A stretch of 49,383 nt of DNA, filler included, from Bipalium vagum (Eukaryota): NCBI GenBank assembly GCA_037834085.1. It is 2 parts of 2 records of this genome, joined end to end, with 100 filler letters (N's around TTAATTAATTAA, not from the genome) between each part and the next. Parts side by side here need not be neighbours in the genome. Positions count along the whole stretch, not along the records: positions 1 to 22,314 come from JBBMKC010223232.1; positions 22,415 to 49,383 come from JBBMKC010110038.1. One strand, given 5' to 3'. Of this stretch, positions 11,730 to 24,717 are shown one piece after another. The notes under the pieces were generated by a model, which worked only from the letters and a program-made list of their open reading frames with translations, had not been told where the DNA came from and searched no databases. The translations under genes were made by a program, and so were the position numbers. Each line of letters opens with the position of its first letter. Positions within the stretch are counted from its first letter, which is position 1.

Positions 11730-13005
11730 CAAGGTGTTTATTATGCTAATTTATTATGTTAACATACTTTCATTTTAAATATTTTAACAAACAATAAAGA
11801 TATAAAGTACTTTTTTATTTGAATAATTTATATTTAAAAACAAATACAATATGTAATTATGTAATTTCACGCCCGTTGATAGCTAGGAAAGGGCTTAATC
11901 AAGACAGTACATTTAGACATGCTCGCTGGCACATTCCAGTATCTACTTCATTACAAACATGACTGATTTTATCCTTGAGCTCAGTGATTGTATGAAGTCT
12001 GTCTCTGTACACATTTTGTTTTAAATATCCCCACAGGAAGAAGTCTGGCGAAGTTAGATCAGGTGAACGAGGAGGCCATTCAATTGCACCTTTTTGTCTA
12101 GCCAGTTCTTGACTTTTTGCGAATATTGCACAGGTGCCCCATCGTGTTGTAAGTACTTACGACCTCTTGTTGTTCTAGGTCATAAAAACTTTTCCAGCAT
12201 CTCCAGGTATGACTCATCATTTACCGTATTTTCGAAGAAGTATGACCCAATGATATCTTGTGAACTTAAACCACACCACACCGTTATCCCGACCCTGGAG
12301 TTTCTAACAGAAAATGTTATTTTAGGGTTCGAGTGGGTCCAATAGCAGCATTGTGGTGGTTAACAACTCCACTGAGCATGAGCTTACTCTCGTCTGACCA
12401 TATTATCTTGTTGACCAAGGAAGAGTAATTTTGGAATTGTACCAACATTATCTGACAAAATTCCATTCTTCGGTCAAAGTCGTCATCGATGATCTCAATT
12501 ACGGTTGACTGCTTAAACGAATGAAAGCATGCTTCATTAATTGCATTGTAATAAGTGCTTACAGTCATGCCAAGTTCCCTAGCATCTTGCTGAACTGAAA
12601 AATTGCTAGATTTTTCAACCAATTCTTACACTCTTTGAATTGTTTTCATTGTTAATACGGAACGAGGTCAGCCGGATTTTACTTGGTTAGATTTTTCAAC
12701 TAGATTTTTCAACACTTCCAGTCTTTTTAAACTTTTCCACTATTTTTTTATTGTTTACCTACTTGGTGGTGGAGTGATAAACTTCTTTTTCTAATGCCTA
12801 ATTACTTCTTCAAAATTATCAAATTTGGAGTTCCATACAACAATTTGAATTCTTTTTTCCATCGAAAAACGCAAAGCCATTTTATTTTAAAATTAACTAA
12901 ATGGATTATTAAACTTTTAATCCATATAAACAAATTAGTAATACCTTTATTTTTTAACTTGTAATTTAAAAATAAAGTATGTTAACATACATAATAAACA
13001 CAATG
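11730..13005 (-). mobile_element. rosa/DD41D-type (Tc1/mariner superfamily) element, decayed
   Basis: TIRs TA|CAAGGTGTTTATTATG and CATAATAAACACAATG|TA with a shared TATGTTAACATACTTT subterminal motif; MALRFSMEKRIQIV, IIWSDES..GVVNHHN, QHDGAP, WPPRSPDLTSPDFFLWGYLK. Confidence 0.88.
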
Positions 13006-14817
13006 TATATGGCTTTTATTGACAAAATTTAAAATACAGAAAAAGTTCTGAATTTTTAATTTTTTTGACAAGAACGAATCAAGAATCTGTTGCCTTTGTT
13101 TGTCTCTTTTGTTCTGGCAATATTTTACTGCAACATGTTTAAGTATTAAACACATCTCATTTTAAAATAAAACCTCAAGCAAAATCTGAATCATTTTCAA
13201 ACAAAATATCTATTGAATAAGACACTGGACTCAGGAAATCGGACAATATTTTTATTGTTAAAATTTTAACCGGAGGCTGTTTCATGTATGTGACAGAATT
13301 AGAATCTCTCTTACCAGATTTTCTTCTGTTAGTTCTTGTTATTCTTCATTTTTTAGTGAAATATCGTTGTTATCCTATAGTAATTTCTCAATATCAACAG
13401 CATTAATTTCATTGAAATGTAATTGGTTTAACAAGTTTATTATGCATGTCATTGGCGAGTTACGATTCTTCTATATTTGGTCATACTTTCTACTTCTTTT
13501 CTAAATGGTTTGGTTGAAAATATCGCTTAACTGCATAACAAAAGTTATTAACAAACCAATCATTAAATAGATTCTTTGCTACCCAGACTTTTCTGGTAGA
13601 CTTCCATATTAATTGTAAATTAGACTTGAAAGAATCATTCATGGTCCGCGGATTTTCCGAATGAAAAATAAGTATAAATTTCAATTTCAAATCTCCCGAT
13701 GCATTACTACTCAGTAAGTCAAGCCATATCTGCCTTTGTCTCTTCTTGTGAAATGAATATTTTCGATGGCGAACCTTTCCAAATTAGATACGTTTCGTCA
13801 ACGTTGAATATCAAATTTGACGGATATCCGTCTCTTACAACTATAATTTTTTTGCCTCATATATATCAGTACTACCCACCTCTCCCAATATGCAAATGTT
13901 GTGAATTCCAGCTCTATGTTTTAATTTTTCTAATCATCCACGTGATGCTACAAAATTTTCTTCTTTGAATTTTTTTCCTTGATCTTTTAAGAAGTTAAAA
14001 AACTTATTGTTTTGTTTAGAATTAACATTTGACTCAGTGACATGTGACTTTGACTCATACCATTAATCCAAGCACAACTTCTCGACATTTTCTATTACAC
14101 CGTTTTCACCTCTATTTTGACATTGTAAAGTTTAATTTTGACTTTGTAAAGTTTTAATTTTGTATGTTACTTAGTGCATGGGAATTTTTTTTATTAGTAA
14201 TGATTTTTTGGTTTTCGACAAATGTTTTTATTAGTTTTGATTGGCTTGTGTTTGTTGAGATAGTTGAATAAGACAACCCTGTCTGTGGTAACACTTAATT
14301 TTTCTTTTCACATCCATCCCTTTGATTTATGATGCTTAGTTTCTTTTCTAAATCTATCAATTTTCGTTTGTTTGATAGTTAGTTTTTTATTTATTCGGAA
14401 TATGATACATGAATTATATTAATGCAGTTTAAAAACTTTAATAATAAATTTAAATACAATTATTTTTTAACTAATAAAGGCTGAATTTCGATATCATTGC
14501 AGGTCCTTTTTCAAAGTTAATTTGAAATTTATGAATTTAATATTTCTTGGGTTAAATATTTTTTAGAATCTAGACTTATAGAGTGAATTTTTTAATTAGC
14601 GCAGCGGTTTATGGGATTGCAGTATCCTTAATAGCCACCATTTTTGTTAGATTTAATTAATATACTAAATATTAATTTTACAAAAGGTAAAATAATATTA
14701 CTTTGAGATGAAATTAATCATTTTAAACATAAACAAAATGCTGCAGCTATAGATCCAATGAGATCCAATTTTAAATAAGTATGAAGTTACAAATTGCTAG
14801 TTAATTAATTATTACGT

Positions 14818-14922
14818 AATTATGGTATAAAAATTAAAGTAAATTTTTTACGGAATAAATTGTAAATCAAAATTAATAAATAAGTACGTATTCGGATAAA
14901 TTTTAATTTTTATACCGTAATT
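14818..14922. repeat. short imperfect inverted repeat (hairpin/MITE-like)
   Basis: AATTATGGTATAAAAATTAAA ... TTTAATTTTTATACCGTAATT. Confidence 0.6.
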
Positions 14923-15019
14923 ATTTCGTTAAAACTATGGTAATGTTAATGACGGTTACGTTAAACGAGGTATTTGTGTATTCTGATATCTATATTATAA
15001 TTTTATAATTATAAAAGAT

Positions 15020-15740
15020 TGAAATGAGCAACTAGATTTATTTTCTTTACGAATTTAAACTTAATCATAAACTGGCTAGACAAATAACCAGAGAGGATTT
15101 TTGAAAAAAATACTTATGGAGTTAACACAGCTCAGTGAGAGTTTAAAAATTCAAAGAGGGAAACGCAAATCTGAGCAATAAAGAGCATGGTATTCCAACT
15201 CATGTCGTCAAAAATGAATATTTGAAAAAATTATGAACAAAATCCACGTTCAACAGTTCAGGAGATTACCGGTAATCTTAGAGTAGGATTCGAAATAGTT
15301 TCAAATCTTTCGTTAAAAAATGCGATACATAGATTCCTGATAATCTGAACAAAACCCAGAAATATTGTAGTTCATAAGTTTTTTTGTCACTACTTCTCCG
15401 CATTCTAAACGGACCATTTCTTGAAAATGGATACTATATTATAACCATCGTCTATCAGTACAATGTGTGTATGAAAATGAAGATGCAAAACATTTTTTCA
15501 AACCAAGTTTTTATCAAAAGTAAACAATAGTCACTATGTTCTGTTCAAAAAATTGAGTAATTCTTTGGCACTTTTAAACACAATGAAACTATTATTTATG
15601 CACTTAAATTTATGAAATCCGGAAAAAGCCCGGATTTAGTGAATTGAAGTGGCCCAATTTTACTTCACAACAATGTGAGACTGCATGTTTCACGCTTGAC
15701 TTAAAAACAATTAGAGTTGAGTTTTGAAAATTTTTTAAAA
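15020..15740 (+). mobile_element. highly decayed mariner fragment
   Basis: FLYEFKLNH start, FKEGNANLSNKEHG, PILLHNNVRLHVS motifs across broken frames. Confidence 0.75.
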
Positions 15741-15948
15741 ATGATTTAAAATTGATTAAACCTGAGATGGAAAAAACAAAATTTCATATTGAACAACTTA
15801 ATATATTCTAATTTATAATATACCCCAATTACGTGATTGTAATTGGGAAAGGATAATAGAGAAATAAGAAACTTGTTTTGATTATTAAATTCCAAAGATG
15901 TTATGACAAAATAGTTTAATGTAATTTAGTAGACCAGAAAAAGATGTA

Positions 15949-17123
15949 CAGTTGAATCCGGATGTAAGATAATGCAATAGGATTAAGATTTTTTCTCATA
16001 CCCGGATTTCTTTTATGTCCAGGTTCAGGAATGTATGTAATAATTAGAAATAAATTCTTGTATGATTAGTACTTGTTTTAATTTGTGTTGCTCATAATGT
16101 AGCACATAAACCGCAATAATCTATCACATTTTGATAACAATAATTTTACCAACATTTCTAATGGAAACTAATAGAATATTACAACTAACAACTCATCCAA
16201 GCTTTTCTGTTGTTATAGTATGGTAAAGGTAGCTGGAGGATATTTCTATAGCATCTCAGAGATACATTCTTACCTATGATAAATAACTGTCTGTCAAAAC
16301 GATCTTTATTTAAAATAAATAGTGCGTTCTTTTTGTAACTTTCCTGCTATGGACTAATCGCCACATATACCTAATGTTCCTCTAGAAAGGGGTTTATATT
16401 AGATATTCGTCTCATCAGTATCTCATATGTTTCTTGATTCAATATTATAGCAGAAAGTACATCCTGAATTCGTTGTGCAACAACAGAAACATCAGCTGCT
16501 GACTTTTCACAATGAACCGAGGGAAAATTTATATTTTCATTCTGCTTCCATCACTGAAGTCACCCATTAGATGGTTTTAAGTCAATCCCTATAGATTGTG
16601 TAATGTGTTGTGCTTTTTCCATAATAATAGGACCATTGAAAATTGCATTTTCGGACTTCACTTGATGAAAACAAATAAAAAGTGCATTGTTTAATTTTTC
16701 GTAAATGCTGACTTTGTTTCGTTTGCACTTAAACTTTTAAATTGTTTCAAATGCCTTACAAAAAGCTTCTTCTTAGGCTTTTATTTTGTGAAATGTGAAA
16801 ATATCAATTGAAAAATAACTTAAAATAACAATTTTCTCTTCTTTTTGTTCTTCGCCATTTCCAAAACCTTGATTTTATCTGCAATTGACAACAATTTTCT
16901 TGTCTTGTTTGAAGGCATCTAGTCAATATAGAAATCTATGTTTTAAGTCTTTTTTATACTCAGTAATCCCTTACATCAGGGGTTTAATTTTAATTTTTAA
17001 TTTTTTATTGCCTATTACATAAAGGTTTCCATTACACCCTCTTATATCTGGGTCATTTCATTAGTAAAGTAAATGTGCAGGAAGTCGGACTTCAAAAAAG
17101 TATATTACACCCGGGCTCTACTG
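15949..17123 (-). mobile_element. internally deleted pogo/Tigger-like element
   Basis: TIRs TA|CAGTTGAATCCGGATGTAAG and TTACACCCGGGCTCTACTG|TA; CENP-B-type HTH remnant YEKLNNALFICFHQVKSENAIFNGPIIMEKA..PSNG*L. Confidence 0.8.
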
Positions 17124-18229
17124 TATTTGGTATTAAATAGATATGATAGCATAAAACAAAACCATAAAATTAATAAAAATTATGTTACAACATAATAGTT
17201 CCAACAAAATTCAACTTAAATAATTTCTAGTTCCATCAACTAAGCCCACACCTCATTTTTAGATTAAATTAATGAGATTTTCAGACATGCCATTATCTTA
17301 TTTTAGAAAACCTAATTAAAATTTGAAAATTAATTAAGAGCTAATTAAAATAAGACACTGAAATTTACTATTAATAAATTTGTGAGCTTAACAAAAACTA
17401 CAACAAAACTTGACAAAATCTCACTCAAAGAAGATTTGAGAGTAGAGTACTGCACAGGAATGAAATTCAGAAAACTGTCTTAAATCAAAGTCTCAAGCAT
17501 AAAACTGTTTTACAACCTTTTACTGTTCATTCAAAGGCACTTTTATTTCTTGTTTATAATCTGATCCACTTAATAATGAATAAATCTCTTGTTTTCTAAT
17601 AATATTATTTTTCTATTCCTAAAATCTTTTGACTTCCCCCAGCATTAATAAAAATCCAAATCTAATTCAATTACCAAATTAACGAGGTTCACGGATCAAA
17701 GGATATTAAGACATTAACCTGCGAAATTTGCAATAATAAATTAAATGCATAATTGAATAGAAATTTGTTATTAAATAGGCACAAGTGAAATTATATTTCA
17801 ACCTCTTTGTAATGGAGATTAAGATCATATTTTTTATTTTCCCCTAAAGATTTTTCGATTCCGCTATATAAATTATTGTCAAATTCAGAATAAACGTATG
17901 ATTTATGACCATAAACAATTAATCCCAATTTATCATTAGATTATCTTGACATGCAACCTATTCTGGAGTTTTATAACTGATTTTATCGTAATACTTTCCA
18001 AAGCTTTTGTATTTTATAAATTATCGAATGAAGTCGTGCGATGTTTTCTAATGTAACTTTTTTTGTATTTTTCGATTTCATGTCGTAAGAGCAAAAAGAA
18101 CTTCTTCAATTTATTACAATAAATAAAATAGATTTAATTAATTAGAAATATTTTTCAATGCCTTTAATTTGTAGCAGAATTATTAGGAAAACTAGTTTTG
18201 ACACCAAAACAGTTAAGAAATGAAAGATT

Positions 18230-18705
18230 GAGTATAAGATTCATCTTTTTATTACTACTTTCATTCAAAAAGTTGGATAAAAACAGATGAAAAAATTATA
18301 TATTCATTTCTACGGATTTGAGAATAGCTTCCGAATCTACAGTGGTGGGACGTCGACAGCGACGATAATCATTGAGGTTCATGTCATCCTCGTTGAATTT
18401 TTTTGAAGCACTTTTGAGCAGTTCTTATAGACACTGATTTTTTTGCCTTCAATTTCACATATTTTCTTTGCAGCATCTATGGCTCTGAAATTCTGTTTCC
18501 AGTAATGTTTCAGAAGATTGCTAATTTATCCATGCTTTTTATCTGATTAAATATATATTCACAAACTATATCGTCATATAATAAGTGTCTTACACGTCTC
18601 TTTCTCAACTTTCAAATGGTGTGACACCTGTTAATATTTAAACGTATAATATATTTAAAATTTGCTTTTAAAGTTTATATAGAAAAAACGTACGAACTTA
18701 TGAAT
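18230..18705 (-). mobile_element. mariner 5' fragment
   Basis: Minus-strand mariner N-terminal remnants (CFKKFNEDDMNLND, RRPTTVDSE) and a TIR-like AAAAAACGTACGAACTTA. Confidence 0.6.
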
Positions 18706-18899
18706 GTATTATTGTTGTATTATACTTATCTACAAAAATTTTACTAAAAAACTATTTAAAGTTGTTTCTTCATAATTTCCTCATGACAGATTACTAACAA
18801 TGAGATTATTAAATTAAATCACAACAAATCGTTCAACAACAAGTAATTCAGTTATCCACAATATTTTAGTTATTAGTATTTTTTTTAATGTTTCAATTA

Positions 18900-19180
18900 A
18901 ACTTATTTGAAAAGGAAGATTATGTGGTATGCTAGAAGCCGTGTTAACTTATCATGTTGCTGCCGAAAGAATGCATTTATCAACCAGAACTGTACAAAAA
19001 TGATGACACAATTCAGTATGTAGGAAACTGTGATAGACAAAGGGAATCTGGTAGGTAAAGAAAATCAAGTGCAAGACTAGATGCCAGTTTGATACTGAAG
19101 ATGAAAAGGAATAGACTCAAATCGATGGAACCTGTCAGCAAAGAATTTATTAAAGTGCTCAATAGAAATTGCTAGACCCA
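18900..19180 (+). mobile_element. Tc1-like N-terminal fragment
   Basis: GMLEA...GNCDRQRESGR*RKSSARLD, a degenerate SGRPRK linker. Confidence 0.45.
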
Positions 19181-19269
19181 GAGCCGTAAGCGCAGGACAT
19201 GATTCCACTTAGTGTTATTCATTTGAGAAATTATTTAGCTTTGGTAGGAAAACACTTAGAATGAAATTC

Positions 19270-20060
19270 TAATGGTGGCTGAGGACATGTGCCAAACTCC
19301 AACTGATCTTGCTAAATCATTAAATACTTCTCAATCTTCAATTACCCGTCGTCTAAAAGCAACGAGAAACGTATACAAATTATAAAGATGAGCACAACTC
19401 GAGTTCAAGGTGAAAGACATGAAAAGACTTAAAACCACAAATGAAATTTTACATATTCGACAAAAATGGAAAATTTTTCGGCACAGAATTATTATGGATG
19501 ACGAAAAGTGGATTTCTTTCGAAAAGCCTAAACGCATGAAAACAATTTGCGATCCTGGATAGCCCTCCTAAGCAACAGTTAAGAGGAACATACATGGAAA
19601 AGGTTCTCCTAAGCATCTGATGGAACCAAAAAGGTGTGATTCATCATGGGTTGCTAAACCAAGGTGAAATGGTTACAAGAGAGTTTTTCCGAGAAAAAAA
19701 TATACGTCTGAGGGTTCAGGCATTACGTGAAGAAACCAGAATATGAGAAAACGCAACATAAGATATTTTTTCTGCATGACAACGCCTGGTCACGCGTCAA
19801 CAAACGAGTCTAGGAAATTTCAGAGTTGCTTCGGTGGGAAGTGCAACCAAATGCCGCACTGCGCCTCCTACCACTACCATCTGTTTTGGTCTATGGCATA
19901 CGCACTTTCCGAGAAGCGCTTCCAATCCTTTGAGAAAGCTGAAAAATGAATCACTGATTAGACAGCCACCAAAAATGCTGATTTCTTTTATTGAGTAATT
20001 CATCAGCTTCCTGGAAAATGGGAGAAATTTATTATTAACAATGGAAAATATTTTGAATAA
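19270..20060 (+). mobile_element. decayed mariner (mauritiana/Mos1-like)
   Basis: QSSITRRLKA, HRIIMDDEKWISFEKPKR, KRNIHGK, FLHDNA, YHLFWSMAYALSEKRF, HQLPGKWEKFIINNGKYFE*. Confidence 0.88.
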
Positions 20061-20088
20061 ATTATTATCCTGAAAGATACTGATTTCT

Positions 20089-20676
20089 ATGATTGTCTCA
20101 AAGATTATGGAAGCAAATGCTTGGCGTACATTCAAGTCCATCGTCAACAATTTCCTAGGAAACCATCGAAGTTCAGACTATGAGGATATTGTGGAAGAGC
20201 TCCTTCAGAGTTCCAAGTTCCTCGACTCACTTTTGGTCTACTTTCCTGACAACCGTGGTGACATGAGCGAAGAACAAGGAGAGCGATTTCATCAAGACAT
20301 TAGTGTTATGGAAGAAAGGTATCAGGGCCGCTGGGATGTGAACATGGTTGCTGACTATTGTTGGTGCCTCAAACGAGATGATTCTGCTGCACAACACAAT
20401 CGAAAGTCGTTGAAGAAGCTCTTTCTTCCACTGTATAATCTATAATAAATTATTATTGTTACTTTGCAGATTTTTTGACAATTATAAACAGTATTGTACT
20501 TATAATCGTAGTGTTTTTATGTAATAATATATAAAAATTTCAAATTATTGTATCATAAAAACTAGACATGACTGAGACAAACGAATTACTGATTTAAAAT
20601 CAGCGCAAAATTTCCTTATAGAATCTGCTTATAAAGTTCAAACCGCATAAAAAAAGTTTTCAAATGCAGACCAGTG
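20089..20676 (+). mobile_element. Chapaev3-like (CMC superfamily) transposon 3' end with transposase C-terminus
   Basis: AWRTFKSIVNNFLGNHRS..YFPDNRGDMSEEQGERFHQDISVMEERYQGRWDVNMVADYCW; terminus ...GACCAGTG followed by TTA fits the CAC..GTG ends and TWA target duplication I recall for Chapaev3. Confidence 0.72.
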
Positions 20677-21183
20677 TTATCTTTTTTGTTTTATGTTTAC
20701 TTAACATTTATATTATTTATTAAACAAAGAAACAATATTGTAAATTAAATTTTCTTTATTAAATCAAAAAGTTTCATTGAATTAAGCATTATTTTCTTAT
20801 TTCTTCATTTTATAAATTATGAAAAATTTTACATTAATATTTCATATTTTTAATGTCATGTTTTTAAAAAAATAATTTGTTATTTGTTTATGTATTGATT
20901 TAATTCTGAGTGATGTGATACTTATTAATGTTTATTCTACATCTAGTGTTAACATTAGTTTTATCATCAGTTCTTCTATCAATTTCGTCAAAGAAGTGTT
21001 ATTTGATACTGGAACATTTTTGCCAAAATGTCTTCTTGATAAATTTTATTTCTTCTCCGAGGTTAGTAGTAAACACCATTAATATGATTTTATAGTTACA
21101 TGAATTTAATTAGAGAAATAAATAAAATAGAAAAATTATGGTGAAAATACTTCTCGTGAAGCGTACTTTTATTTTAATTAATA

Positions 21184-21815
21184 TAAAGGGTGATCAAAAT
21201 ATTAGTATAGAGTTACGGTTAAAATAAATTTATTTACAGAAAGGTATTTAAAATTATTTACAGATTATTTTCTAACACAAAATATACATAGATTAATGTC
21301 TAACACAGTTCTATCAACAGGTATCTTCAAATTGCTTGCCACTTGGTTTTATACATTCTTCACATCTGGAGGTCACTCTTCCACAAATCTTACAACATAA
21401 ATCTTATTTTGCATCAATATCACGGAATGCTTCAGAAATGAATTGTTTGAGATGAGCAAGGATTTCTTTGCGTACACTAAATTCTTAAAAATTCCCCAAA
21501 CGCTGAAGTCCATCGGAGTCAAATCTGGAGAAAGAGGAGGAAATTCTATGGGATCGGTTACTGTCCATTAAAAGAAAATAGGTCCTATAATTCCAGATGA
21601 AGTAATACCAGCCATAACAATGACGCCTGATTTGCTTAACTGACTCAGAATAGTAATGTAATAGTTTTCTGAACTCCAATAGACAGAATTATAACGGTTA
21701 AAGCATCCACTAGTCTTAAATTGAGCCTAATCAGATAAAATTAATTGGTCTAAAATTTCAGGATAGTCCACGGCTTTGTTTTAAATTCTGTAGTCAATTT
21801 TTGCTTCTTATTTAT
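21184..21815 (-). mobile_element. rosa/DD41D-type element fragment
   Basis: AAGGGTGATC terminus after TA; LILSD*AQFKTSGCFNRYNSVYW, SPDLTPMDF, CGRVTSRCEECIKPSGKQFE. Confidence 0.72.
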
Positions 21816-22314
21816 TAAACTAAGATATTGCTACTTCTATTACCAGGTAAGAGTAGTACAATATTTAAGTATTATATCTTTTCTGTTATTTATTGAATCC
21901 AAGCATCATTAGAACTGGTTAATAATTATATATACTTTTTTATTATTGTGTTTTATATTCAAAAATTTCTCATAAGGAACAAAAAATCATCATAAATAAA
22001 ATTTTTGAAAAAAAGAAAATTGTGAAATATATTTTATGTAGAATGTGACGCTTTAAATAAAAATATAAATTTATTCCAATACAAATATTCATGAATAATT
22101 CAAATAGCAATTGGAAACTCAAAAATATTAAACAGAATTTTTAAAAAAGAAAATAAGCATTTGATAATAGGGAAAAATGAAAAAGATAAACTAAAGTAGA
22201 AAAATATTTTTTTTTAATTATTTAAAAATTATCAAAGATTTTTCTAATTAATTTATATTGTTTAATGAAAATTAAATAATTCTCTAATACCATTAATTAA
22301 ATTAAAATAAATAG

Positions 22315-22414
22315 NNNNNNNNNNNNNNNNNNNNNNNNNNNNNNNNNNNNNNNNNNNNTTAATTAATTAANNNNNNNNNNNNNNNNNNNNNNNNNNNNNN
22401 NNNNNNNNNNNNNN
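22315..22414. other. artificial 100-bp scaffold gap: N44-TTAATTAATTAA-N44
   Basis: Symmetric N runs around a 12-mer that has stop codons in all six frames. Confidence 0.95.

Positions 22415-22481
<67 letters not shown>
22415..22481. repeat. (TTA)n microsatellite abutting the gap
   Basis: About 22 perfect units. Confidence 0.95.
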
Positions 22482-24585
22482 CAATATTATTTTTACACTT
22501 CTGAAACTTTTGCGGTCTTAATCATTTAATTTGTATATTTAAATTCAACAGGGAATACGAAATAATCGTATCTAACCTAAAAATATATATTCTCCCTATG
22601 ATTTTGATATTTTAAGAACTGCTAAAACATTTTTTTTCACATACTTAGTTAAAATTCAAAAAATGATTGAGATAAATATATTACAGAACATTTATTTTGT
22701 TTTCATCTTGTAAAAAATATGTTCATAATATGTTGTACTTTTTTATTTAAAAAAAACTTGTATAAAAAAGTAGTTAGAGAAGTAAAAATAAATTCTGAAA
22801 ATAGAATAGTTTAATATCAATCATGTTTAATCATCGGTGATGTTAGAACGTCAAAGCATTATTTTATTTTTAATATTAGGCGTTGAATAAAAAAAATTGT
22901 TAGGTATTGGCTATTATTTTAATAATTAGATTAAAAATTATTAAAAGAAATTTTCTTAACCGAAATATTTTGATACTTTTTAAGATTTTTATTTTCAAAT
23001 ATTATTGAGAAAATTTACTATTTTTATAACATCCCATTAATAATATTCTTTTTTTCAAAATATTTACCTTAGAATAGAAAAACTGAAATGCTAAGATAAT
23101 AATTATATTTAAAAAAATAATATTATTGAAAATCCTTTTACAAAACTTTAATACTTTATATTATTTTGTGTTTAAATACATTAATAAATATTAATTAAAC
23201 GGTCCTAATAATGTATTTTTAAAAATGTTGGTAATTTATTTTAAAATATTTTAAATTTGATTTGGTAAGTTTGAAATTTTGCAATAATTTTATCTCATGA
23301 AATTTTTGAGTAAAAATAGTTTTAAAATTAATTATATATGATGTCAATTATTTTTACACATGTTATGAAGTTAAAATTTTTTTCAAAATTTCTGTCATTA
23401 TTTTATTAAAATTTATTTTGACTTTGAAGGATAATGCTTAGGCTGTTTTGTTAGTTCTAGTAATCTATGATATATTTGCATGAATGTACAGTGTTATAGT
23501 TCAAGATTTCTATTAACCGAATTTGGTACTAGAATTGAAATATTTAACCATAACGGTTAAGTTATTAAAATCAACTCTAATCTTAACTCAACAACGTGAT
23601 TTGTGAGTTTTTTTTCCGCCAAATTTAAAGTAAGAAGAAAAACCCTGATTGACATTAGATTAATAGTGCAATTTATTTCAAATTATTTTACAGTTGATTG
23701 ATAATGATTTTTGTTCATTTATTATGACAAAGGTAAAATAATCATGTGTTTATTGGGACAATAATTGATATTATTTTCTTAAAGTATATCAACATCTTAT
23801 TGCGACGATCTTGTAAAGTATATGAAAAAATAGTTAAAACCAACCGGCCTGTATGTCTATATCAGTGGTTAGCAAATTATTAAGTGTACAGGTTGATTGC
23901 ATACGATTGTCAGTCTGTGTATGTGGCTGCAAAGTTTGAGTGAAGAAAATGATTCTGAAATCGTTGGAAAAAATACATCTAGCCTCATTCTGGTTTGGTA
24001 TTGTACGCGAGAGAGATGTTGTGGCAATGGTAACACCATCACCACTACTTCCATCACCACCAGCAGCAGAAGCGCATCATGTAAATATTGCTGAATTTGT
24101 TTCTTTTTCCATATACTCTCTCCTTCTCCCTTTCGGACCTCGTCTTTCATGCCATCACTGTACCCGGGCTCCCTCCTCTTACGGCATACCAACGTGATTT
24201 TGATACTATATATTTTATCCCAGTGTCCTTAAATTAATAATAATATTATCAAGCCATTTTTTATATTTCTAATTGATCAACGATTAATGAATAAAATAAT
24301 GAAGATGAGAATGAGGTTGAGGCAGGTGGTGATTGGTTTGAGGAGCTTACCCATAAGTAATAGAATAGGATTTTCACTGTTCCGATGTAAATAAATTCGA
24401 TTCTCATCTGTGGAATTATCAGATTGATTTTGAAAATTTAAATATATTTATTAAGAACTCAATCGTTTTTTAATTCCTAACCAAATGTTTTTTTCGTGTT
24501 TAACTTTCTTGCATTTTTTCACTTACAGCGGTTCTGTTCCATTGTTATCTTATAACTATTATTTCTGAGTGTCATCGTTGAGAAA

Positions 24586-24717
24586 ATGTCACTGTCGCTC
24601 GTCTATCAGGACCCCACTGTGCCCAGTCAGTATATAGAGCGTTATAAGCTCGCTTATTTGATGCAGTTTTTCGTGCAACACAAGCAGCGATTCAAGTTTC
24701 CAAAAATTCGTTTACAG
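24586..24717 (+). CDS. BCL9: exon 1 (first half of DDT-like domain)
   Basis: GAAAATGT start context; YKLAYLMQFFVQHKQRFKFPKIRLQ; donor CAG|GTAACG. Confidence 0.85.

Larger units (their letters stand above)
11565..14978 (-). mobile_element. pogo/Tigger-like element, decayed, containing a nested rosa element
   Basis: TIRs TA|CACTAATACCTCGTTTAATGT and ACGTTAAACGAGGTATTTGTG|TA; minus-strand RKLIDLEKKLSII (psq-type HTH), FNVDET, KLKFILIFHSENPR..LIWKSTRKVWV (Tigger DDE region). Confidence 0.88.

Noticed and set aside
22315-22414. TTAATTAATTAA palindrome between N runs
   Set aside because: Assembly linker (44+12+44=100), not biology. Contiguity across this point is only scaffold-level, but the fusion gene lies wholly on one side.
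23869-24197. Three overlapping short ORFs upstream of the BCL9-like gene
   Set aside because: No recognisable motifs; explained by triplet-rich, higher-GC UTR or promoter sequence.
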